Below are positions 10,472-19,719 of a DNA stretch of 64,000 nucleotides, piece after piece (the stretch's first letter is position 1; each line of letters opens with the position of its first letter). A program made the translations under genes and the position numbers. This DNA is from Candidatus Spongiihabitans sp. (GTDB lineage: Bacteria > Pseudomonadota > Gammaproteobacteria > Arenicellales > Poriferihabitantaceae). The stretch lies in assembly GCF_965247905.1 (NCBI RefSeq), contig NZ_OZ252047.1, positions 196,938 to 260,937 on the forward strand, given 5' to 3'. The notes beneath the pieces are model-generated. The model searched no databases and was not told the origin of the DNA. It worked only from the letters and a program-made list of their open reading frames with translations.

Positions 10472-12660
10472 TGGCGCAAGTGAGCAAGGCGGCGAGAAAA
10501 TCGCCAAGAAAATTTGCGGGCCGGCGGAAAAACCTGTTAATTGAACTAGGCACCGAAGAACTGCCACCGAAGGTGCTAAAAAATCTGGCGCAGTCATTCG
10601 CGCAAAATTTCTTCGATGGCTTGGTCGCATCTGGCGTGGCCGAGAATAAACCGAATCAGTACAAATACTATGCTACACCCCGAAGGCTTGCGGTATGGGT
10701 CAAAGGCGTTTCCCCAAAACAGCCTGACCAGATTGAACAGCGAACAGGTCCGGCCGTAGCGGCGGCATTTGACCATCGGGGCAATCCGACTGCCGCTGCG
10801 CAAGGGTTCGCAAAATCCTGTGATGTGCCTGTTTCGAGATTGAAAAAACGGGTTTCCGATAAAGGGTCGTGGCTGGTTTTTGAAAACAAGGTAAAAGGTA
10901 AAAACTTAAATGTGCTGGTTACGCAATGTTTAAATGACAGCATAAAAGCGTTGCCCATTCCCAAACGAATGCGCTGGGGAAATAGCGATGTGGAGTTTGT
11001 CAGGCCGGTACATTGGTTGCTGGCACTGTACGGCAGTGATTTGATTCGAACCGAAGTGTTAGGACTAAAAGCCAATCGTTTCACCAGAGGGCATCGGTTT
11101 CATTGCCCTGGAACATTAAGGATACCTTCGGCAGATCGGTATCTTAATACATTAAAGTTGAATGGATTCGTGATCGCCGACTACCAGACTCGTCAATTGA
11201 TGATCGTTAAGCAGACCACTCGCCTGGCAAAAAAAGCCGATGCCCAAGCGGTAATCGGTCAAAATTTACTTGACGAGGTTACCGGTTTGGTTGAATGGCC
11301 GATGGCATCTTTGGGAGAATTTGAGCAGAAATATTTAAAATTGCCCAAGGAAGTTTTGATCTCAACGATGGTCGATCATCAAAAGTATTTTCATATTACC
11401 AATCAGAAAGGAAAGCTGGTGCCGTTGTTTGTTTCGGTCGGCAATATCAAAAGCAAGACGCCAAAACGGGTACGCCAGGGTAATGAGCGCGTACTCCGTG
11501 CCCGGTTGTCTGATGCCGAATTTTTCTGGAAGACCGACCAGAAAGTCAAGCTGCATGATCGTGTCGATTCGTTGAAAGGCGTTTTGTTTCATAATCAACT
11601 TGGCTCAATTTACGACAAAACAATCCGTGTAGGAAGGTTAGCGGGCGTGATTGCAACAAAACTCAACATCGACAAGAAAGGCGTACAGCGTGCTGCCAGG
11701 CTGTGCAAGGCCGACCTGGTGACCGACCTGGTGGGTGAATTTCCTCAGTTGCAAGGCACCATTGGCAAGTATTATGCGACCAAACAAGGCGAGGACAGAG
11801 ACGTTGCCGATGCCATTGAGGGTCACTACAAGCCGAGGTACGCGAACGACAAATTGCCGTCGACCCCTTTGGCGCAATGTGTCGCGCTGGCAGACCGGAT
11901 TGATTCGCTGGTGGGTATATTTGCGACTGCCGAAGTGCCAACCGGAGACAAAGATCCGTTTGCCCTGCGCCGCGCTGCGTTGGGCGTGTTGCGAATAATC
12001 ATCGAAAGAAAACTTGACCTGGATTTATTTGAATTGCTTTCTCGGGCAATGAAGCAGTATGTCAATTCAGGTCTAAAAAATATTGATACCCGTAACCCGG
12101 TAATTGACCAGGTATTTGAATTCACCAATGAGCGACTGAAAGGATATTTTCAGTCTCAAGGTTTCAGTGCGGAGCAAATCTCTTCGGTGCAATCTTGCAA
12201 ACCTGCTAAACCTCTCGACTTCGCAAATCGCTTGCAGGCAGTGAGTCGTTTTTTCAGCAAGCGGCGTGCTGCCGCTGAATCTTTGGCTTCGGCTAATAAA
12301 CGAATCGCAAATATTTTAACCCAGGCTAATATTCATCTTGATCCCGGTCATAATATTGATGGCGATGGCGGCAATATCAAGTTCAACAACAAACTAATGA
12401 CAGACCATGCGGAAAGACAATTAGCGAAGGGTGTCGAAACAATCAGCAAGGAAGTTAAGGGATACTTTATTACCGCTCAATACGAGAAAGGCTTCGACAA
12501 GTTGTCTGCGTTAAAAGCCCCGGTCGATCAATTTTTTGATGAGGTAATGGTGATGCACGATGACCCGGCGATTAGAAATAATAGATTGGCATTGCTGATC
12601 AAAATTCGCCAATTATTTTTGGGCGTAGCCGATATTTCCCGTATTCGGATTGACAAATGA
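10468..12660 (+). CDS. glyS: Glycine--tRNA ligase beta subunit
   Basis: 730-aa ORF overlapping the glyQ stop by 4 nt. GlyS motifs are present ([18 protein letters not shown]). Confidence 0.95.
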   Translation: MMAQVSKAARKSPRKFAGRRKNLLIELGTEELPPKVLKNLAQSFAQNFFDGLVASGVAENKPNQYKYYATPRRLAVWVKGVSPKQPDQIEQRTGPAVAAAFDHRGNPTAAAQGFAKSCDVPVSRLKKRVSDKGSWLVFENKVKGKNLNVLVTQCLNDSIKALPIPKRMRWGNSDVEFVRPVHWLLALYGSDLIRTEVLGLKANRFTRGHRFHCPGTLRIPSADRYLNTLKLNGFVIADYQTRQLMIVKQTTRLAKKADAQAVIGQNLLDEVTGLVEWPMASLGEFEQKYLKLPKEVLISTMVDHQKYFHITNQKGKLVPLFVSVGNIKSKTPKRVRQGNERVLRARLSDAEFFWKTDQKVKLHDRVDSLKGVLFHNQLGSIYDKTIRVGRLAGVIATKLNIDKKGVQRAARLCKADLVTDLVGEFPQLQGTIGKYYATKQGEDRDVADAIEGHYKPRYANDKLPSTPLAQCVALADRIDSLVGIFATAEVPTGDKDPFALRRAALGVLRIIIERKLDLDLFELLSRAMKQYVNSGLKNIDTRNPVIDQVFEFTNERLKGYFQSQGFSAEQISSVQSCKPAKPLDFANRLQAVSRFFSKRRAAAESLASANKRIANILTQANIHLDPGHNIDGDGGNIKFNNKLMTDHAERQLAKGVETISKEVKGYFITAQYEKGFDKLSALKAPVDQFFDEVMVMHDDPAIRNNRLALLIKIRQLFLGVADISRIRIDK

Positions 12661-12741
12661 AGCAGGATTCCAATGATTCTTTTGAGGCAATGATTGCCAA
12701 AGCGAAAATAACAGCATCGGAAATATTCAGGCGGATTAAGA

Positions 12742-13311
12742 ATGGAGAATAGCAAATTAATTATTCTGGATCGGGATGGGGTAATCAATCACAATTCGGA
12801 TGATCATATAAAGTCCCCGGAACAATGGGTTGCGATTCCCGGAAGTTTGGAAGCGATCTCCCGACTTTGCCGGGAAGATTATCGAGTAGTGGTAATTACC
12901 AACCAATCCGGGATTTCCAGAGGTCTGTTCACGATCAATACGTTGAATAAAATTCACCAAAAAATGCTCGACGAATTGCACCATAGCGGCGGGGAAATCA
13001 GCGCAATATTTTTCTGTCCGCATAGTGCAGACGATCAGTGCGAATGCAGGAAACCTAAACCGGGAATGTTTCTTGAAGTATCAAAACGGCTGAAATACAG
13101 CCTGAAGGATGTTTATGCGGTGGGTGATTCGGTGCGCGATTTACAGGCCGCCGCCACCGCCGGAGCGATGCCGGTACTGGTCGAAACCGGGAACGGGTTA
13201 AGCAGTATCGAAGAGATTTCGAAGCATGATTATGAACCCGCCATTGCCACTGTACCGAAGTTTAAGGATTTGAGTCGCTTTGTCGATAATTTGTTAAGCG
13301 CGCAGTGTTGA
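12742..13311 (+). CDS. gmhB: D-glycero-beta-D-manno-heptose-1,7-bisphosphate 7-phosphatase
   Basis: HAD motif ILDRDGVIN plus the Zn-binding CPH...C.CRKPKPGM signature. Confidence 0.85.
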   Translation: MENSKLIILDRDGVINHNSDDHIKSPEQWVAIPGSLEAISRLCREDYRVVVITNQSGISRGLFTINTLNKIHQKMLDELHHSGGEISAIFFCPHSADDQCECRKPKPGMFLEVSKRLKYSLKDVYAVGDSVRDLQAAATAGAMPVLVETGNGLSSIEEISKHDYEPAIATVPKFKDLSRFVDNLLSAQC

Positions 13312-13332
13312 TTATTGCTGCGGTAATTCTTT

Positions 13333-14082
13333 ATGCTGTATTTGCGTTCACTGCTGTATCTCACTGGCCAGATCATAACCACTATGATTGTCAGTCTGAT
13401 CGCTATTTGTTGTTTCTTTTTGCCGTCGTTGACTCGCGCAAAAGTAATTTCGATTTGGGCGCGCTTTAACATCTGGACCTTGAGAATGTTGTGCGGCATC
13501 AGTTACCGGGTAACCGGTGCGGAAAACATCCCCCGCCAACCGTCCATCGTCATCTCAAACCATCAGTCTGCATGGGAAACGCTTTGCTTCCAACTCATTT
13601 TCCCGGCCCAGTCCTATTTGATAAAAAGGGAATTGCTGTGGCTGCCATTTTTTGGATGGGGATTGGCAATGAATCGACCTATCGCTATCGATCGTTCAAA
13701 AAAAACCAAGGCGTTGGAGCATTTAATCAAACAGGGAATAATTCGTTTAAACGAAGGACGCTGGCTGGTTATTTTTCCGGAAGGCACGCGAATGGCGCCT
13801 GGAAAACCAGGTGAATTTCAGGTTGGCGGTGCGATGATTGCCGCCAAATCCGGGCATCCGATTGTTCCTGTAGCCCATAATGCCGGGTTATTTTGGTCCA
13901 AGAATGGCTTCCTGAAATACCCCGGAGTGGTGGATGTGATTATCGGGCCGGTGATAGAAACTCGTGGCAGAAAAACCCGGGAAATTAACCGGGAGGTTGA
14001 AGCCTGGATTTACGCAAATCTGGAGAAATTACCAGATAGTCGGCCAAGCAGTCGGTCAGGTAGTCGGCCAGGCAGTCGGTAA
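13333..14082 (+). CDS. plsC: 1-acyl-sn-glycerol-3-phosphate acyltransferase
   Basis: Acyltransferase motifs NHQSAWE and FPEGTR. The C-terminus carries a 12-bp x 3.5 tandem repeat (SRPSSRSGSRPGSR). Confidence 0.85.
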   Translation: MLYLRSLLYLTGQIITTMIVSLIAICCFFLPSLTRAKVISIWARFNIWTLRMLCGISYRVTGAENIPRQPSIVISNHQSAWETLCFQLIFPAQSYLIKRELLWLPFFGWGLAMNRPIAIDRSKKTKALEHLIKQGIIRLNEGRWLVIFPEGTRMAPGKPGEFQVGGAMIAAKSGHPIVPVAHNAGLFWSKNGFLKYPGVVDVIIGPVIETRGRKTREINREVEAWIYANLEKLPDSRPSSRSGSRPGSR

Positions 14083-14085
14083 TCT

Positions 14086-14934
14086 TCAGGCATTGGATAA
14101 CTGGATAAATTGATTCACTGTTAAATTTTCGGCGCGCCTGGAAGAATCAACCCGCGCATTTTTAAATTGTTGCGCTGAAATTATTGATTGCAAAGAATTC
14201 CGCAATGTTTTTCTGCGTTGGGAGAATGCGAGTTTGACAATTTCGTTAAGTCGGATGCGATCGCGGACATGACGAGATGCCGCCCTAGAGAGTGGTGTGG
14301 GGGTCAGGCGAATTACCGTTGACTCGACTTCTGGCGGCGGATCAAAGGCCTGGGGCGGAACATCAAACAAGCATTGACAGTCCAACTCCAGCGCCGCCAT
14401 TACCGATAACCGACCATAGATTTTGCTTCCAGGTGCGGCGCTTAATCTTTGTGCAACCTCTTTTTGCAACATGAATAGCATATCCTGAATGTGCTCGACG
14501 GATTTGAGCAAATGAAATAAAAGGGGCGTGGAAATATTGTAGGGAAGGTTGCCGATTATCCGAACCTTGTTACTTGTTTCGTTCTTTAAATCATCCGAGA
14601 TGACAGGCGGCACGTTACCGGTCAGTTCGGAACAATTAAACACAGAAGCGATTTCAAAGTTTAATATATCGGACTGAAACAGGGTTAGCCGATCTGAGTC
14701 GTACTTTTCGCTGAGTGTGGCGGCCAGATCCCGGTCAAGTTCGACCACTGTGAGATGGCCAATACGATCTAATAAACGTTCTGTAAGCGCACCGCTACCG
14801 GGCCCGATTTCCAATACTAATTCGTTATCCGCTGGATGGAACACATTTACGATTCTTTCCAGAACATTTTCATCTGTGAGAAAATGCTGTCCGAAACGCT
14901 TGCGCGGTGTCATTCCATGTATCATGCGACTCAA
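14086..14934 (-). CDS. rsmA: 16S rRNA (adenine1518/1519-N6)-dimethyltransferase
   Basis: KRFGQHFL N-terminal motif, SAM-binding LEIGPGSGALT, and NLPYNIS. Adjacent to pdxA as in the classic pdxA-ksgA arrangement. Confidence 0.9.
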   Translation of the reverse strand: MSRMIHGMTPRKRFGQHFLTDENVLERIVNVFHPADNELVLEIGPGSGALTERLLDRIGHLTVVELDRDLAATLSEKYDSDRLTLFQSDILNFEIASVFNCSELTGNVPPVISDDLKNETSNKVRIIGNLPYNISTPLLFHLLKSVEHIQDMLFMLQKEVAQRLSAAPGSKIYGRLSVMAALELDCQCLFDVPPQAFDPPPEVESTVIRLTPTPLSRAASRHVRDRIRLNEIVKLAFSQRRKTLRNSLQSIISAQQFKNARVDSSRRAENLTVNQFIQLSNA

Positions 14935-14942
14935 AGTATTTT

Positions 14943-15971
14943 TTACCGATTGCCCGCAAATTCGATTGCCAGATTGATGGCGGCGACTAAACTCGATTCC
15001 GTTGCCAGGCCGCTACCCGCGAGCTCCAATGCCGTACCGTGATCTACTGAGGTTCGTATTATCGGAAGTCCAAGAGTAACATTGACCACTTCTCCGAATC
15101 CGCTGTGCTTAATAACCGGCAGCCCTTGATCGTGGTACATCGCCAGGACGCCATCAAGCTGGCTCAATTGGGTTTGGGTGAATGCCGTATCGGCCGGTAA
15201 CGGGCCAATCAGATTGAACCCTTGTTGCTGCATTGCTGAAATTGCCGGCCCAATAATTTCAATTTCTTCTTTGCCGAGATGGCCGCCTTCGCCGGCATGG
15301 GGGTTCAGCCCGCATATTCCAATTTTGGGATTATCGATGCCATAAAGCGCGGTGATATCTCTGGCCATAACCTTAAGTACGGATTGAATGCGGTCACCAG
15401 TAATATGATCCGCCACTTCTCTTAAAGGCAGGTGGGTGGTAACCAGGCAAACACGGGTAGTGCCGTTGGCAAGCATCATCACCGGTTGGTTGGCCCCGGT
15501 GCGCTTGGCTATCCATTCGGTATGGCCTAAAAAAGGTATCCCGGCATCATTGATTATTCCTTTATGCACTGGCGCCGTGACCATGGCATCGAATTCCCCG
15601 GATAGGCACAAATCTACGGCGGTATCGATACAGCGAGTGACATACCGGCTGTTTTTTTGGTCCAGTTTGCCCGGCGTAACCGGAGTGGAAACTTCTAAAG
15701 GAATAACCGAGACTCGCCCTGAGCGGCCCTCTGGGTGGCCTCCTGAGTGACCTGGGTTGGATTTATCGGTTGACTCATATTCATTAAAATCCAACGCCAT
15801 GCCAAGCAGCTCGGCGCGATCTCTAAGTAAATTTAGACCGCCGACTACCGCCAAGGCGGCATCAAACCCTTGCTGGGCGGCTTTAATCACAATATCCGGG
15901 CCGATGCCTGCGGGTTCGCCGCTACAAATTATAATTTTTGGTAGTGCCATGATCATTTTACCTGAGTTCAT
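14943..15971 (-). CDS. pdxA: 4-hydroxythreonine-4-phosphate dehydrogenase
   Basis: PdxA motifs (GEPAGIGPD, HLGHTE-like FLGHTEW, GLNPHAGEGG, RTSVDHGTA). The start may be the Met at 15950. Confidence 0.9.
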   Translation of the reverse strand: MNSGKMIMALPKIIICSGEPAGIGPDIVIKAAQQGFDAALAVVGGLNLLRDRAELLGMALDFNEYESTDKSNPGHSGGHPEGRSGRVSVIPLEVSTPVTPGKLDQKNSRYVTRCIDTAVDLCLSGEFDAMVTAPVHKGIINDAGIPFLGHTEWIAKRTGANQPVMMLANGTTRVCLVTTHLPLREVADHITGDRIQSVLKVMARDITALYGIDNPKIGICGLNPHAGEGGHLGKEEIEIIGPAISAMQQQGFNLIGPLPADTAFTQTQLSQLDGVLAMYHDQGLPVIKHSGFGEVVNVTLGLPIIRTSVDHGTALELAGSGLATESSLVAAINLAIEFAGNR

Positions 15972-16105
15972 TTTGCCTGAGTGAAGGACACTAATGTTGG
16001 GTGAAACAAGCCATCAATGCACGATAATTGTTTATGGATTGTAGCGATCAGCAATGGGCTGTATTGTATGCGCCCCGTACCCGCACCAGACAAATTTCCC
16101 CATCT

Positions 16106-16558
16106 TTACTTGTCCGTTGATTTTTGAGGGGTCAAGTCTTCCTGTTTTCCACTGGGCTGTGGCTCCTCAGCTTGCGGTTGGTCAGACGGCCACGCGTCAG
16201 AATGCGGCAAGTCTTCGGGCCAGTTTTCTGCCCCGCCTTCGGACATGGGCGGTATTTCAGCCGTCCGCCATCCAAATTCATCAAAACTCACACGGCCTTT
16301 TTGATCGAATATAACGCCCTCGTCGATAAGTTTCTGTCTTTGCCGTTGATCACTGCTACCTTGTTTGCGCGCGCTGATTTCCCCCTTGCTATTGATCACT
16401 CGGTGCCACGGAATGGCTTGATCGTCTGGCGTGGCCGCCATGGCATAGCCGACCTGCCGGGCGTTGCAATTCACCATACGGGCGATACGCCCGTAACTGG
16501 TTACCGTTGCAACCGGGATGCGCCTAACAATATCGTAAATGTCCTGATAGAGACTCAT
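16106..16558 (-). CDS. Alkyltransferase-like (ATL) protein: MGMT DNA-binding domain lacking the acceptor Cys
   Basis: The MGMT-fold segment VYDIVRRIPVATVTSYGRIARMV has IPWHRVI where true methyltransferases have PCHRV (Trp replaces Cys). An acidic/Pro-rich C-terminal tail of about 50 aa follows. Confidence 0.75.
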   Translation of the reverse strand: MSLYQDIYDIVRRIPVATVTSYGRIARMVNCNARQVGYAMAATPDDQAIPWHRVINSKGEISARKQGSSDQRQRQKLIDEGVIFDQKGRVSFDEFGWRTAEIPPMSEGGAENWPEDLPHSDAWPSDQPQAEEPQPSGKQEDLTPQKSTDK

Positions 16559-16823
16559 GAGATCAGGGTCAGAGTAGAAATTATTGGGGCTTGGGACCAG
16601 GTTTTTCTGGCTTCACTCTTCGTTGATAAAGTTGTTCAACTTGCTCCTTAAACCTTGCACTCCCAAATGCCATACAGCTATTTGTTGCATTTCTCAAATC
16701 ATCAACTAGTTCAACGTTAAAAATATCTTCAAACAAATCCCGATACTATACAAACATTACATTTTCAACGAATCAATTTGCTTAATTTTCTTAACAAATA
16801 ATTTCTACTCTGACCCTGATCTC
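16559..16823. mobile_element. MITE-A copy 1 (about 265 bp, about 25-bp terminal inverted repeats)
   Basis: GAGATCAGGGTCAGAGTAGAAATTATT ... AATAATTTCTACTCTGACCCTGATCTC. A near-identical copy lies at 26319-26598. No ORF. It abuts the ATL start codon. Confidence 0.75.
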
Positions 16824-16835
16824 TCTGGTCTCTCA

Positions 16836-17073
16836 CCGGCAATAACGCGGTGATGACGCAAGTCTGGATCGCGCTGTGCGTGTATTTACTCTTGGCGTTC
16901 ATCAAATTCCAGTCGTGGCTGGGCAAAAGCATGCGACAAATGCTCCGCCTGTTGCATCCTGACTTGTTCGACAAGCGCGACTTGATGGCGCTCTTGCGTG
17001 GCCACCCGCCCCCCAGGCCCGGCTTCAATCGCAATCAATCCTCGTTGCTGTGAAAGTTAATGGGACAGCAGTG
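16836..17073 (+). pseudogene. IS4-family transposase 3' remnant plus IS terminus (copy 1)
   Basis: Encodes NNAVMTQVWIALCVYLLLAFIKFQS...GFNRNQSSLL. It is near-identical to 25620-25866. The shared terminus ...CTGTGAAAGTTAATGGGACAGCAGTG ends at 17073. Confidence 0.75.
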
Positions 17074-17295
17074 ATATGGATTACAATGCGTTCTTGTCCA
17101 GCTTAATTCACCATAACATTTATTCTCCAGCCTGGAGATAATCTTTCTTTTTCCCGAAAGACACGCGATGTCGGGGCGGCCGTAATGCGGACCAATCTTA
17201 AACGTTGTCTTTACCCTTTCCTTGGAACGCTCTTCTCTTTCTTCTTCGCGATAACGAGTAACACCTTCACACTTTTTTTTCAGATACTTGTACAT
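17035..17295 (-). CDS. Small Cys-containing hypothetical protein, last gene of the kinase operon; 3' end apparently truncated by the IS4 terminus
   Basis: The ATG at 17295 lies 4 nt downstream of the kinase stop. The last 12-13 codons are encoded by the IS4 end sequence. No recognisable family. Confidence 0.3.
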   Translation of the reverse strand: MYKYLKKKCEGVTRYREEEREERSKERVKTTFKIGPHYGRPDIACLSGKRKIISRLENKCYGELSWTRTHCNPYHCCPINFHSNED

Positions 17296-17299
17296 TGCT

Positions 17300-19705
17300 T
17301 CAGTCCTTACCGCCGTTTCTTTTAAGCAGTTTTTCCACTGTAGTACTCCCTGTTTGCTTCGCGAAATGCAACGGTGTTTCGCCATAATCATTTGTCGCGT
17401 TTATATCCGCACCGTTTTGAATCAGTAGTGCGGCGACTTTGCCCGCATCTTTCAACGCGGCATGATGCAACGGCGTGTAGCCTTTGTTATTTTTCGCGTT
17501 TATATCCGCACCTTTTTGAATCAGTAGTGCGGCGACTTTGTCCGCATCCTTCCACGCGGCAACATGCAACGGTGTGTCGCCATCATCACGTTTCGCGTTT
17601 ATATCCGCACCTTTTTGAATCAGTAGTGCGGCGACTTTGTCCGCATCCTCCACAGCGGCATAATGCAACGGTGTTGCGCCAGAACCATTTTTCGCGTTTA
17701 TATCCGCACCTTTTTGAATCAGTAGTGCGGCGACTTTGCCCGCATCCAGCCACGCGGTAAAATGCAACGGTGTTGCGCCATCATCACGTTTCGCGTTTAT
17801 ATCCGCACCTTTTTGAATCAGTAGTGCGGCGACTTTGTCCGCATCCTCCACAGCGGCATAATGCAACGGTGTTGCGCCAGAACCATTTTTCGCGTTTATA
17901 TCCGCACCTTTTTGAATCAGTAGTGCGGCGACTTTGCCCGCATCCAGCCACGCGGTAAGATGCAACGGTGTTGCGCCATCATCATTTTTCGCGTTTATAT
18001 CCGCACCTTTTTGAATCAGTAGTGCGGCGACTTTGCCCGCATCATCCCGCGCGGCACCATGCAACGGCGTTTCGCCATATTTATTTTTCGCGTTTATATC
18101 CGCACTCTTTTTAATCAATAGTGCGGCGACTTTGCCCGCATCATTCCACGCGGTAAAATGCAACGGTGTGTCGCCAGGACCATTTTTCGCGTTTATATCC
18201 GCACCTTTTTGAATCAGTAGTGTGGCGATTTTGTCCGCATCATTCGCCGCGGCATAATGCAACGGTGTGTCGCCATCCCTATGCCAGCCATCATAATTCC
18301 TCCCGAACAAGCGCGGTGTTGTCTTCAATCCATCTGTCATGAGTTTGTTATCGGATTTTAATTTGGCATCCACCTTGGCGCCGGATTGCAACAGATGCTC
18401 CGCCAGCGTTGTGAAGTTCAACGTGGCAGCGTAGTGCAAGTCAGTCCAGTCGTTAGCATCCTTCGCCGTCGGCGAAGGCGGACGCCCGACCTTTGCCATA
18501 AATTGGGCAGTTTCATCGGCGAGGCGGGCGGCTTGTTCAGCAGCGATTCGTTGTTTTTCTTCCTCGGCGGCGATTCGTTGTTTTTCTTCATCGGCAGCAA
18601 TACGCTGTTGTTCTTGTTCAGCAACGATTCGTTGTTGTTCCTGCCATTTTTGATAGTGATTGCCGCCAAAAAACAACGCAGTAAACAGCAACAAAACGGC
18701 TATTATCACCAGCGGTTTTTTATGCGACGGGCGGGCTTCCGGTTTGGGGTTTTGCGGTGACGGAGGTGTGGCGTCGGGGGCTGTGCTAGGCACGGGGGCG
18801 GTGTCGACCGAAGGGCTTTCACCACCAAGCATCCGCAACCATTGCCCGACATCCTGCGGACGGTCTTTGGCATTTATCGATAAAGCGGATTCTATCGCCG
18901 CGATAAATTCGCCGCTGTAGCCTTCCGCCGACAATCGCGTCATCGGGTCCGGATTGCCAGTCGCCACTTCGGTGATACGCCAACTGCCTTCGGGCGGAGG
19001 GTGCCCGCTGATGGCGCGATACAACACCGCAGCCAGCGCGTATATGTCCGTGTATGCGCCCTGTCCGCCGCGCGTGGAATACTGCTCTGGCGGCGAATAA
19101 CCGGCTTTGACTATCGCGCTGATGCTGCGGCTACGTATCCCTATGGCTTGCCGCGCGGCACCAAAATCCAACAGCACCGGGCTGCCATCGGCACGGATGA
19201 TGATGTTGTCCGGCGAGATGTCGCGGTGCAATAATCCATCGGCATGCATGTGCTTGAGGGCATCCAGCAACGGGGCGATTATCGCGCCCAATGCGGGTTC
19301 GGATGGCGGTTGCGACAACGATTGCAGGTGCGCTTCGAAGCTCAAGCCGTCTTCGTAATCCAGCACCATATACGCGGTGTTATTGTCCTCAAAAATTTGA
19401 TGTACGCGCACGATGTTGGCGTGTCGAAATTTGGCGAGGTTGCGCGCTTCTTCCAAAAATCGGTCCAAGCCCCAGCGGTAATCTTCTTCATTACCGGCCG
19501 ATTTTGGATGCACGGTAACCCCCTCGCGCATCGCGAACTCGTTCGGCAGGTATTCCTTGACGGCAAAGCACGCGTGCAGGTCGGTGTCTTCCGCCAAATA
19601 GGTGACGCCGAAACCGCCTACGCCTAATACCGACAAGATTTCATATTGCCGCAACCGAGTTTCGGGCGGCAGTGCGGCTTTGTGTTCGGGGTCGGAGTGT
19701 TGCAT
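17300..19705 (-). CDS. Ser/Thr protein kinase - TM - coiled-coil - 11x ankyrin repeat protein
   Basis: Hanks kinase motifs (GVGGFGVTY, AVKEY, HRDISPDNII, DFGAAR, SPPE). Pro-rich linker. One TM helix (KKPLVIIAVLLLFTALFFGG). EQQRIAA 9-aa repeats. Then 11 ANK repeats (G.TPLH.AA....KVAALLIQKGADINAKN). Confidence 0.9.
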   Translation of the reverse strand: MQHSDPEHKAALPPETRLRQYEILSVLGVGGFGVTYLAEDTDLHACFAVKEYLPNEFAMREGVTVHPKSAGNEEDYRWGLDRFLEEARNLAKFRHANIVRVHQIFEDNNTAYMVLDYEDGLSFEAHLQSLSQPPSEPALGAIIAPLLDALKHMHADGLLHRDISPDNIIIRADGSPVLLDFGAARQAIGIRSRSISAIVKAGYSPPEQYSTRGGQGAYTDIYALAAVLYRAISGHPPPEGSWRITEVATGNPDPMTRLSAEGYSGEFIAAIESALSINAKDRPQDVGQWLRMLGGESPSVDTAPVPSTAPDATPPSPQNPKPEARPSHKKPLVIIAVLLLFTALFFGGNHYQKWQEQQRIVAEQEQQRIAADEEKQRIAAEEEKQRIAAEQAARLADETAQFMAKVGRPPSPTAKDANDWTDLHYAATLNFTTLAEHLLQSGAKVDAKLKSDNKLMTDGLKTTPRLFGRNYDGWHRDGDTPLHYAAANDADKIATLLIQKGADINAKNGPGDTPLHFTAWNDAGKVAALLIKKSADINAKNKYGETPLHGAARDDAGKVAALLIQKGADINAKNDDGATPLHLTAWLDAGKVAALLIQKGADINAKNGSGATPLHYAAVEDADKVAALLIQKGADINAKRDDGATPLHFTAWLDAGKVAALLIQKGADINAKNGSGATPLHYAAVEDADKVAALLIQKGADINAKRDDGDTPLHVAAWKDADKVAALLIQKGADINAKNNKGYTPLHHAALKDAGKVAALLIQNGADINATNDYGETPLHFAKQTGSTTVEKLLKRNGGKD
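17380..18260. repeat. 99-bp-period tandem DNA repeats encoding ankyrin repeats, including a near-perfect 198-bp duplication
   Basis: Units at about 17563-17760 and 17761-17958 are almost identical. The antisense track ORFs 17374-17760 and 17770-17958 end in identical 55-aa strings. Confidence 0.85.
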
Positions 19706-19719
19706 GGGGGAATTATAGT

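Noticed and set aside
17374-17958. The regular roughly 99-bp DNA periodicity, and plus-strand ORFs with repeated RLYPHLFESVVRRLCPH strings, could look like a CRISPR-like array or a novel repeat protein.
   Set aside because: The repeats have no unique spacers. They are the antisense of in-frame ankyrin repeats within the 801-aa kinase ORF on the minus strand, so the plus-strand ORFs are shadow frames.
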